NCBI GenBank assembly: GCA_051294905.1
Contig: CM119373.1
Span: forward strand, 8,246,001-8,310,000
From: Botryllus schlosseri
Lineage: Eukaryota
Direction of reading: 5' to 3'
DNA: 64,000 nt
Positions 49,389-60,132 of this stretch are shown here, one piece after another; within the stretch, counting starts at the first letter, position 1, and each line of letters starts with the position of its first letter. Both the position numbers and the translations under genes were made by a program. The notes below the pieces were generated by a model that worked only from the letters and a program-made list of their open reading frames with translations, searched no databases and was not told the DNA's origin.

Positions 49389-52300
49389 TTATTCCAGTTC
49401 AAGACGACACAATTTGCGGATGTCGCGGCTATAAGTACCAATGGGCGTACGTACGGTAACTTTACGCACCAATCCGTGCTGATCAGGGAAAACCTCCTCA
49501 ACAATAGCCTTGGGCCACTTGCCGCGGGGCGCATTTGAGTCGGACATGAGAACTACATCTCCTACTTTGAAGTTAGGTGTTTGGTCAAGCCACTTGGAGC
49601 GAGATTGCAACAACGGTAGGTACTCTTTTAACCACCTTTCCCAAAAGAGATCGAGTTTGCGCTGGACACAACGCCAATTTTTGGAGTAGTCATCTGCTTT
49701 ACAGAATTTGTGAGTTGGGACAGAGGGGTCAAGCCTTCCGAGAATTATTGAATTGGGAGTCAGACACGGTAAATCGCCTGTGTCATCGGACAGTGGCGTC
49801 AATGGCCTATCGTTTAAAATACGAGCGACTCCATAAAACAGTGCAGATAATGTGTTATCGTGAAATATTGCATTGTGATTCAGAGCATAAAGAACACGTT
49901 TGCACAAGGCTATACCACTCGCTCGACGCAGCCATTGAAGTGCGGGGCGAGACTGGGTGAAAAGTGCCATTGGATGCCTCTGTCGGCTAGGGACGAGGCC
50001 ACTTGCTTTGAGTTTAGATTACCGACAGCCTTCGCAAGTTCTTTTTGCGCACCAACAAAGGTTGTAGCGTTGTCGCTGAAAATGTGGGCTGGCCTGCCCC
50101 GGATGTCACAGAATTTGAAAAATGCCATCAGAAAGGCTGATGTTTCTAGGGATTCGACCACTTCTAAGTGGACAGCACGAGTACATAGGCAGGTGAATAC
50201 GCAGCCGTAGCGCTTGAGCTCGGTGCGATTGCGTCTGCAGGACAACGGACCAAAATAATCAACCATTGTGTAATTGAAAACATTTTTGTGTGGCGTGAGG
50301 CGGTAATGCGGGAGGTCGGCCATGTATTGGGAGCCTAGAGTCGCTTGGCGACATTGACAGAATATACATTTGTTGAGCACTTTGCGAATGGAAGTCTGGC
50401 CTCTCATGATCCAGAATATTTCTCGAATTAGGGACAGAACTTGTAGCGTGCCACAATGGCCATTCGTGACATGGTAGTGACAGATGATCAAGCGAGTGAC
50501 ATGGTGCCCGGAAGGCAATATCATAGGATTCTTTGCATCCTCCGGGAGCTGAGAGCGATTTAGTCGGCCTTTTACACGCATAACCCCATTTGAAACGTAC
50601 GGTATCAATTTAGCCAAAGAATTGGGAACAAGCTTTTTGTTAACGAGAAACTGATCGGTGGCGCGTGCGTTGTCATGAAACGGTTTGGTGGCACCCGGGA
50701 ACGACTCGCTTTGCACGAGCCTAACAATTTCTCTTGTCGCTTCCTCCAGCTCATCGACGGTGAGGAAACCGGTGCGCGGTGCAGGCAGCGGGTCGCCAGA
50801 CGGGCCTTTTGTCTTCTTGCGCAGCACAGAACGTAGTCGTAAGATCCAGGCAGTCGAGCGGACGAGTTTCGTGAAAGAGGAGAAACTGTTCAGGTAGTCG
50901 TTAAGCGATCTCGTTGTAGGTGTTACGTCTATCGAAAACACTGGTTCGATTTTTGTTGCGGAACGGTGAGCTTTGTTGTGTCCAGGCCATGAGTCTTCAG
51001 GCTGGAGCAAGAAGTCGGGCCCCTCGAACCACATTCTTGCGAGCTGCCAACGATGGGGCATTACGCCACGTGAGCCAGTATCTGCTGGATTGTTGGCGGA
51101 GGCAACATGCTGCCATTGCTCGACTCGCGACAGAGCACGAATCTTGAGTAGTCGTTGATGTACAAAAGTGTCGAATCGGGCCGAAGTGCTCCTGATGCTT
51201 TGGAGCACTGAGGTACTGTCGGTCCAGTAGTGAACAGTGTCGATATTGTAGTCAACATCTTTTATAACGTCTCGGGCGAGCTTGATGCAGGTTACGGCAG
51301 CCGTGAGTTCCAGTCTGGGAATGCTGGGAGCATTCTGCGGCACGACCCTGGAGATGCCTCTGACAAATGATATGTGGACGTTGCCGTCAGAGTCCTCGAA
51401 ACGAAAATAGCAACAGGCTGCATAGCCGGATTTACTAGCATCGGCAAAAGCGTGTAGTTGAATGTTCACGGGCGAGAATCCTGGTGGTTTATAACACCTG
51501 GGAAATGAAAGCTTTTCGAGTTCCGGAAGCGAATTGACCCATTTGGTCCACTTCGCACTGAAACTCTCGTCGATCGGTGTGTCCCAATCTAGGTCGAGAC
51601 GAGAAATTTCCTGTAGAAGTGCCCTTGCTGGTAACAGGAACGGGCTCAGGTATCCGAAAGGAGTATAGATCTGAGCGATTTGACTTGCGATGCCTCTGCG
51701 AGTGAAAGGCTTAGGTACGATGTTAGTGCGTGCACGGAGTGTGTCTTCATTCATGTTCCAGATAACACCCAACGTTCGCTCGTTATCTGAATTTGCGAAG
51801 TCGAGATCAACGAGATTGGAAGCGCGGGCTTCTCCGGGAATCCGGGACATAATCGCAGAACTACCGCTGGCAAATTTCGTCAGATTGAATCCGTAATGTG
51901 CGAAAAGCGTTCGCAGTTCTTCGACGATCTTGATAGAGGTCTCGAGATCATCTGATGAATGGAGTATGTCATCGACATACATGTTCCGGAGGATGCAGTC
52001 GAGAGTAGGCTTGGCGGCGTTCGTGCCGTTTTGCAAGACTATCTGTCGTAGGCAGAATTGAGCAACACATGGAGAGGACGTGCTTCCGAATACGTGAGAT
52101 GTCATCTGGTAATCGGTTGCTCTACCATCTAGCTTGCTGTCAGCGAACCAGAGGAATCGCAAGCTATCCGCGTCTTCTGGATAGGTTTGTATTCTTGAGA
52201 ACATCTGAGCGAGGTCTGCAACCCAAGGGTGCCTGCCCATACGGAAACGGCATAGGACCCCGATGAGAGAAGAATTCACGTCAGGGCCACTGAGCAGTTG

Positions 52301-55300
52301 GCTATTTAGACTGGTACCGGAGAATTTGCGGCTTGCGTCGAAGACTATTCGCATCTTTTGTTGCCGGGTGTGAAAATGGACGAGGTAGAACGTTCGCTCA
52401 GAGGAAGGCAGCAATTCTGGCGGAACAACTTGAGCGTACCCTCGAGATAGATACTCGTCGATTTTTTCCTTGTACTTTCGAAAGAACTCGGGATCTTTCG
52501 CGAATTTCAAGCGCTGGGATTCGAGCGATTTCTCAGCGGCTGCTCTGTTGTACGGGAGCTTCACGTCTTTCGTCCGCCACGGAAGGCCTACCTGGAAACG
52601 ACCGTTCAGTATGCGTGCCGTATCTTTCATCAAGGCGAGCGCGCGCTCATCGTCGATCGAATGTTGAGATTCGTAGGGGTCAACCCAAATGTCCGAAAAA
52701 TCAGCGTTACAGCTAGAACACAATGGCAATGTACGCGAATCGAGATGCTTAGAAATGCGTGTATCAACGTGTACGAAATTAATATCGATAAAATTGGCAC
52801 TATTAGGCTCGGCATCGGAGCTCGCCATGGTATAATCTGAGCCCCCAAGACACCAACCAAAGACCGAGAGCTCGGCCCCGGGCAAGCCGTTCTGAGGCTT
52901 GATAACTTCAGTGCTGGGGTAGCGCATTAGGAAATCTTTCCCAATGACCAAGTCGACATCATTTGTGTCGGCAACCGGTATATTAATGTGGCTGAGGTGA
53001 GTGCATTTAGAAATGGTATCAACATTTGGAGAGTGATTGAACACATCAGGAAAGTGGGGAGAGGCAAGCACATCAGGTATATCAATCACCGTGCTCTGAT
53101 CAAGGCCTCGGACGGAAAGAGCCACCACTTCTACCTCCCCCTCGGCGGTGCCCGTAGCTGTCTTGGTTCGACAAGCAATACGATCACCATGTAGATTCAA
53201 TTTTTTGCGCAGGCGCTCTGTGCACAGTATAGAGCCACAGCCTGGATCTAGGAATGCGTTAGAGGTCACTCTAACTTTTGAATCGGGGGAGGTGATTATG
53301 ACCGGTACGACGGCTAAGCGCACAGGATTCACTTTCCCGTTTAGCGAGGATGACATCGTGTTGACGTCAGCGAATATTTTATTTTGGAAACCCCAGTGGA
53401 GTAGGGTGTGATGCGATGAGTTGCAGCCGTCGATGTAGCACTTGCGTTCTGACTTACATGTACGGGGTTCATGCCCGTAATTCAGGCAGGTGGTGCAGAT
53501 CCGTTTTTCTTCCACGCACTTTTTACGCTCATCTGGGGTCTTCTGATGGAAGACGTCGCATTTGTAGATCTGGTGTGTGCCACTGCAGAGATGACAGCGC
53601 GGTGGCGGCGGTCTTTGCGAATTGCTTTGTCGACGTTCACTGGAGGCACCGACGGGGCGCTCAACGGTTGTTGCGTTCACTTTCACTTGCGTGGTGCATC
53701 TTGCGGCTCTGGCGTTCGGCATGTTGGCTACGAGTCTTCCCATGCGAGTTCTCCCGATATCAGCTGCACTCACAACGAAGTCGACGAAGTCGTCAAAGGT
53801 TGGCTCGATGCCGTTTTTCATCGTATCATTGTACTTGTTCGTGAATCTTGTCATAAAGTTTTTGGGGAAGCGCTTTACTATTTTGTCAAAAACGCCTGGC
53901 GCGTTCACTTGCGCCTTTGCTCTAAGTTGTGCAAGGACGTACCTGGCCGTTCTGAGCTCGTCAGATACTTTTTGCAGCGCCCTACTGTCGCTAGGTTCAA
54001 CATGATTATCTTGAGTTAAATTATCAATGAATGCATCAATAACGTAGTTTTCGCGGCCAAATTTATCGTACAGAATTTTGCGGGCATGTGAGTACGCTTC
54101 CTCGTCATGCCGATTAGCACGACAACCAGAAAGTGAAGCCTCCGCATCACCAGTACAAAACGAGATCAATCTATTTAGTTTGGTCCGGGCTGAGTGTCTC
54201 TCACTAGGATGTGCATTTACAGGCTCGAAAGCGGAATCAAATTCATCGATAAAACGGTAGTAATCTCGCGGGCTGCCATCAAAACTTGAGATTGTTATGG
54301 TCTGTAGGTCCATCCCACGTTTCATGGAGCCTAGCATACTGTTCAATGACATGGCACAAGGATCGTTAAGCGAGTTCCCCGAACCGTGCGGTGGAATAGA
54401 AGCGACATAATCCCCATGCGGGCGATAATAACTAGAACCGGTTTGGTCGCGGGAATGAGGACTGTGCCAAGTGTGCTCATATGGCGCGTAATGTCTATCG
54501 GCGCCTGGATCGCGATAGCGAGAGGTGAGATCAGAGTGCCCATGGGGCGCGTAATGACTATAGTCGGCTTGACCGTGGTAATGAGAGGTTGGATAGGTGT
54601 GCGTGTATGGCACGGTATGACTATGGGCGGTTTGCTCGCCATAGCGAGAGGTTGGATCGGTGTGCGCGTACGACACGGTATGACTATCGGCGGTTTCATC
54701 GCGATAACGAGAGTTTGGATCGGCGTGCCCATATGGCGCGTTATGACTATCGGCGGTTCGATCGCGATAACGAGAGGTTGGATCGGCGTGTGCGTACGGC
54801 ACGGTATGACTATCGGCGGTTTGATCGCGATAACAAGAGGTTGGATCGGCGTGTGCGTACGGCACGGTATGACTATCGGCGGTTTGATCGCGATAACAAG
54901 TGGTTGGATCGGCGTGCGCGTATGGCACAGTATGACTATCAGCGGATTGATCACGATAGCGAGAGACGGGATCGTTCTGCCACTGTGGAGTACTTTGCGA
55001 ATACGAGGGAGTTGCTGGCTCCGAGCGCGAATGAACGGGCTGGGAATGTGTGCCTATCTCTCGAGCCTGGCTACCAAGATCATCAGCTGCGAAACTGACG
55101 GACAGACGACTGCTACGGTTAGGGGTTTGTCTTAGATCATGCGCGACTTGAGTACTAGCCAATGCCGTCGACTGATGAGTGTCTGTCAACGATAGGGTTA
55201 CCGCCGGCTCCGTTGCGAGCCTCTGCCCAGCACTACTGGCTGTGGCAGATGCAGGCGTTCCCCAGGTAACGAAACTCGATGTTTGCGTAGTGAGTAAATC

Positions 55301-55963
55301 TAAAGGTTCAGTACTCACAGCACCATTTTCTCCTTCGAGGACAAGTGATCCGACGGAACCGCCGCCGGATTCTTCTTCGGCAATTTCCAAGTTTGAAGTT
55401 AATTCGAGAATCTCCATATTTTCTTCAAGTTCTGCTGCGATGCTAGCTTCTTTGGCTTTTTCTGTAGCTCTTCTTGCTTGTTGTCTGAGTTTTATCTTTT
55501 CGATTGACAGTCTAGCATCGCGTGCTGCGGATGATTTTTTGGAAGATGTGACAGAATGAGGACTCGCAGGTATCTCCGAGGTTCGAGGCTTAATGTAGTC
55601 AAGGGTGACATCGGAAGAAGAGTTTACGTTCTCTTTTCGGTAATCTTGGAAGGCGCGACCAGCCTGACGCTGACCCTGTACGACTGTCAACAACAGTCCT
55701 TGTATCTGCAAGACGCTCTCCTGTAGAGCAGGATTCATTTTAGCTTTTTCGATCAATCCGTAGAAGTCGTCAATGAGTTTACTGCATAGTTCATCTAGTT
55801 CGCAGTTACACTTGATAGCGTTTTCAGTAGACGACGTATTCTGTAAGGCGGAGGAGAAAGCGTCTTTAGCTTTCTCGTAGGCAACTCTGGAACTTTCCAG
55901 GACTGCGTCGATATGCTGCTTGTTCAACTCTTGTTGACCAACGGCTTGTAAGGTTCGATCCAT
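49389..55963 (-). CDS. BEL/Pao Gag-Pol polyprotein (Gag, three Cys/His knuckles, protease, RT, RNase H, integrase); one frameshift near 49915
   Basis: First ATG MDRTLQ; CHLCSGTHQIYKC, CTTCLNYGHEPRTC, CYIDGCNSSHHTLLH; AFLDPGCG; RNMYVDD; LHAFADASKSGY; VDYFGP, SDNATTF; removing 2 nt restores GCVERVIALCKRVL. Confidence 0.95.
54440..54965 (-). repeat. 63-bp coding tandem repeat (21 aa, about 8 copies) in BEL Gag
   Basis: Unit SRYRDQTADSHTVPYAHADPT; GATCGGCGTG recurs at 54781 and 54844. Confidence 0.95.
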
Positions 55964-55982
55964 ATCGAGGTCGGTCAGCACT

Positions 55983-55998
55983 CGTAATTTTTAACTTT
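55983..55998 (-). promoter_or_regulatory. Non-tRNA primer-binding site, complementary to the element's own LTR (56186-56201)
   Basis: Sense strand after the LTR is AAAGTTAAAAATTACG; the LTR sense strand contains CGTAATTTTTAACGTT (15/16 complementary, 13 contiguous). Confidence 0.7.
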
Positions 55999-56949
55999 TG
56001 TCCTTGTTGACAACGTGATCAGTTCTGCACAAGAACTGGTACAACTCGTCGGCGAGTTGGATTGGAGTATTCGCTGCGAGTATGACTGACTTGGTAGTAT
56101 TAATAACTGACTGCCAAGTCCAGACACAATAGATCCCCGATGTGTGTATTACAGAATGGCGTACGATGAATCCAGACTATAGCATAACGTTAAAAATTAC
56201 GTTGGCAAATACTCTAAAATATGAGATCACAATAATGACAGTTAGAATCAAGAACAACAAAGGACCATGTTTACAATGCGGCGACTATGGAAAGACTGAG
56301 CATGTGCTACTACACATGCCCTCATGCGGCGAGGCGGTCATGTGTGACGTTATCATAGATACAGTCTGAAAACCAACTTGACAATTCGTAAATAATATTA
56401 ATGAATGTCAACTGAAGTTACCAAAGATCCAAATGCTGCTTCCATAACACCATTCAAAAGCCGAATTGCTAGCTTGACCAATGATCAATGACCATTTTCT
56501 TGGACCATATTTGTATAGAACTCTGATCTTGGTGGACACTTTTGGCATTCTTGAAATTGGATGTAAATTTCACCGACTTGTTACTAGTGGTAACCAGAGT
56601 GGAACAACATCGTCGGGTGGTTATAATGGTACCTATAACCATGGAAGTATTTCCTGCCAAAAATCTCAACATTTGTAAGAGATATGCTGGAAAATATAAG
56701 AATATTTCAATCTTCTCCGAATTGTTCACCTCTGGCCAGCGGGCCATATCTTTGACACCCCTGCTTTACATTATAGTAAACCCCACAGTGATAGCAGTAG
56801 CAATTGTCAAATTGGTTAAGAAATACCATGGCTTATACAATTCCAACAATAACAAAAAAGCAAAGACTTTCAACAGCATCATGATTGAAACAAGAGGTTT
56901 GGAAGTATAGAAAATGGTGCTATAAGAGCATATTGTTCATTGTTTTTTC

Positions 56950-57990
56950 AAGCTATCTCGCAAACATTTGGAAAATTTGGAAGACTTTTTCTGCTTCTCA
57001 TGCAATGCAAACTTCGCAAAATTGTGAGAACAGATGTTATTCAAGTGGTGTTTCATTGCCTTGTCCATGACATCCTCAACCTCATTTCGGTCTGAACCAG
57101 ATGGAAGTGATACAGTGTGAATCAATTTGTTATAGAATGGATCGCATTGAATTGCCTCAAGTACCCAGAAAAATTTATCTTTTTCATGGGTTTTGCCATT
57201 TCTTTACTGTGGATAACATAAAAGCGGAGAACCATGTCATGAGACTGTTCTCACGCGGGCTCTTCAATCCACCGTCTTTCTTCTGCTCCACTTTAATGAG
57301 GTTTCCCGATGGTGCTGCAGTTGTTAGGCACGTGGCATGCTTCGTTGGCTTGCTTAGAAATGGCTCCCAAAAGCATTCCACCAATATATTCAAGTATGTC
57401 TAAAAACACGTCAAAGTTTTTCCATGGAAAGGCAAAGTATAGGCTATTCACTTACCAGATTCCTTGCTGTTGACTCCTTTAATCTCTGTGATTGGATGCT
57501 GCTCTTTACCGCAGACGAGAGAATCAAAAATTTTCAGAAGTAATGCTGAAGCTGGCAATTGTGGCAAACCCAGAAACTTGTTAGCTTGATGGCAGATATT
57601 AGAATAATGTTGATAAAATCCGTCAACACAAAGTTTACAATATTCAGAATGGAGTTTTTCCACCAATGGAACAGCTTTGGTCAAGTCTAGTTCCTCAATG
57701 ATGGGGTGCATTCAAAGTATTTTTTTTGCTATAAGCCCTCTTCAAAACAGCAATTATACAGCATCCTCAGATATATTCCAATTACTGGTGAGAACTTCAT
57801 GATTTTTGAAACGTTTCTTCAAAGCTTTCACAGTGGGAATTGGGAAAGGATGCTTCGCATTCCTCACAAAACACACCTTTCCAGTTATTAAGTCCTTCGA
57901 AACATTCTTCAATTTCCATTTAGTTAGTCCATCGCAGTCATCCCCAAAGGCCAACGTGATGCGCCCGAATAGGGCATGATACCGACTTCT
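56950..57990 (-). pseudogene. Unknown 'WED-FEGLD-C2H2' gene, copy 2 (most complete; spliced, frameshifted)
   Basis: DDCDGLT.EIEECFEGLNNWKGVFCEECEASFP-TVKALKKRFKNH; LPQLPASALLLKIFDSLV...VNSKESG|gtaagt...ag|DILEYIGGMLL...KKDGGLKSP...KCLRDSLKKQ*. Confidence 0.7.
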
Positions 57991-58271
57991 ATCAGTTCTA
58001 TGCGTGACGAAGTATGATCTAATTATGGCGAAAAATATAACAGAGGCTACACGGTATTATTCGCTAGTCGTAACGATTCACCATCGCTACCTAAATGTTG
58101 AACTGTCTAACTAAATCCGACGCAGCTTCAAGAAATACACGACGAATCGCCTTGAACGCCATTGAAACTAGCACTGAGCGATCCTGTTTTGGGTGCAGCC
58201 ATCTGACCGTGACCATTCTGCCGGCTAACAATGGGAGAACAATCGAGTCGTCACTCCAGTCATACTCTATA

Positions 58272-59051
58272 GTCTCATTCTACTATGCATGGACAGGATC
58301 CAAGCTTGAAATATACTTGATACCGTGGCCATTGATAGTTTATACAGAATACTGATTTCCTCAAAATCTTTGCTCAACGGTCTCAACTTCATCAAGGTCA
58401 AAAACAACTGTTCCTCACCGCTCAAACAGTGAAATTGACTGGCTGTCTCCTCTGCGGCAGACTTCTCAATAACAGAAAATGAGCGTAACCATAATCATCC
58501 AATCCAGTATAATAATACATTGCACGGGCATCTCCTTTGAAGTTTTCAATTGAGAAGTGATTTATAATAGTACCGGTACGCTCTATGGAAACTGCTTGCA
58601 CCTGGCAAGCTCCATCGCATTTACTACTAACGCCAGTGCAATCAAAAAAGTCCCTTGTATCACTGACCGTCTCTTCTCCAGCTCTATTCTGGTGCTGACA
58701 TTCATCCTCGACTGTCAAATCAACATTTAAAATGCTTCTCCGAACCCTTCTCTCTGTTCTAGCAGATAGTAGCTTATTAGCTATGCTAAATTGAAAAATG
58801 GACGGGACGGCATTTTTTTTCAACTTTCCATAACGGCGCTTGCTGACCGATTAAGGTTGCTGCACGTAATCGTCATCCGTAAAATGGCTGCTACAAACGC
58901 GGTCACGGTCCAAGTTAGGTCTCCAAAGACCGCCTTTATCACCCTTTCTCCTGAGAGCTACTGGCCACTTTAACTGTAACTCCATGTCAATGGGAAACAT
59001 GTGACCCGTGGATGTACTATTACATCTTGGGACACAGCAGTAATGGGGCAT
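58272..59051 (-). pseudogene. THAP and N-terminal part of the ISL2EU-2 transposase
   Basis: MPHYCCVPRCNS...FP...LRRK...VCSSHF...LKKNAVPSIF...FSIENF...YYTGL...EEQLFLTLMKLR. Confidence 0.88.
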
Positions 59052-59132
59052 ACCTCCTTTTACAGCTTATCTATATCAGTAAAGACGCGTTACGGGAATA
59101 GTCAAATGCTTCGAGCAAGTTCCATTATAGAG

Positions 59133-59230
59133 CAGAGGTCTCAAACACGCGGGTCGCATGCATTTTGTGCGGCCCGCAACAGCATTTTGGAATTTCAAGT
59201 ATTCGACAATATCCAGTGCCACTGTCTTTT
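59133..59230. mobile_element. hAT/Charlie-type MITE end
   Basis: CAGAGGTCTCAAACACGCGG...GCGGCCCGC; related ends at about 39080-39150, 39440-39510, 56735-56765 and from 60258. Confidence 0.6.
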
Positions 59231-59749
59231 TTAGATATAGGAACTTGAAGTTCACCCTAAAACTACTATAAAGACCTGAAATCTCAACAGACTACACTAT
59301 CACATCACTTTTAACAGCTACCACGCGGTAGAAGATCAGCTATTACGTCACATTTCTAGTTAGTGATGATAAAACATGACCCGTTGATGATTCGTGACTG
59401 AAAATTGTGATTTGGTTTTGTGCGATCTTTCGTAAAATTACTCGATTTCGGATTGGCTGGGTGATTAAATAAAAATGACTCGAGTTGAGTCGCATCAAAC
59501 GTTAAAATCATAGAAGGACTTGCGACTTGGAACGGTGACTTGGCAATCCCACGGATGCCAAAATCTATGAAACTGTCATGGGGAATAGTAATATATCAAA
59601 AGGTCGTACCTGGCGTTGCGTATGGTATAAGTCTACTCAGAAAATGTAGAAGTACGGCCTACCTTGTTACTGACCACCTCAGGAATTATTACGCATCTCG
59701 AGAGCATAAATTAATGAATGCCATCTACTATTTTGCAAATGACAAATCA

Positions 59750-60132
59750 TTACCGGACTCACGCCGATTGAGACCGAAAGCAGAAGTAATAGGCTCCTCC
59801 TCTTTCACATGCACCAACACATCGAAAACCTTTGGTAAAACCATTGCAGCACCCAATTGTGGTAAGCTACTCGAATGGTGGAACTGATTTTATCAAGCAG
59901 TTGGCTGACTAACATGCAGTCCTCCGTATGGAGATCCCTCTATGATCATCCATGTTGCTGTCGGGAGTTGGATGATAATGGGTTTTGGCGTGTTTCCAAG
60001 CTCTTTTATTGTGGGAAAGGTGGCAGAACATGCTGCACACGAAGCTCCTCTCCGGTCATCCAAGCCTTCGAATAAGTATATAATTTCTTCCGTCATTCCC
60101 TTGCAATCCTCCCATATCATTTCTTCATCCAT
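59750..60132 (-). pseudogene. Unknown 'WED-FEGLD-C2H2' gene, copy 3 (first coding exon)
   Basis: MDEEMIWEDCKGMTEEIIYLFEGLDDRRGASCAACSATFPTIKELG(K)HAKTH...SLPQLGAAMVLPKVFDVLVHVKEEEPITSAFGLNRRESG|gtaatg; same intron position as copy 2. Confidence 0.7.

Larger units (their letters stand above)
48768..56383 (-). mobile_element. BEL/Pao LTR retrotransposon, young and nearly intact
   Basis: 385-bp TG...CA LTRs (48768-49152, 55999-56383) with 1 mismatch; 5-bp TSD ATTCG; purine tract GGGGGCGG before the 3' LTR; no TGG-type PBS. Confidence 0.97.
47682..58271. mobile_element. TATAGAG-family TIR element, copy 2 (about 2.97 kb without the BEL insert)
   Basis: About 235-bp TIRs (47682-47920, 58032-58271) starting TATAGAGTATGACTGGAGTGACGACTC; 7-bp TSD GTCTCAT (47675-81, 58272-78). 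Confidence 0.93.
40299..59126. mobile_element. ISL2EU-type DNA transposon 2, expanded to about 18.8 kb by nested insertions
   Basis: YqaJ gene pieces (+) at 40440-40542, 45165-45817 and 46308-46906; THAP-DDE pieces (-) at 58272-59051 and 47130-47681 rejoin across each TSD. Termini (AATAGGCCATTTGC / GCAAGTTCCATT) are only weakly inverted, so limits are tentative. Confidence 0.75.

Noticed and set aside
54343-55135. Long alternative-frame ORFs over the Gag repeat (249, 203 and 169 aa)
   Set aside because: By-products of a stop-free 63-bp tandem repeat; the real frame is the BEL polyprotein.
59126-59132. TATAGAG as a third family terminus
   Set aside because: Lacks the TGGAGYGACGACTC box and is followed by a Charlie-type hAT end, whose usual target resembles TCTAGA/TATAGA.
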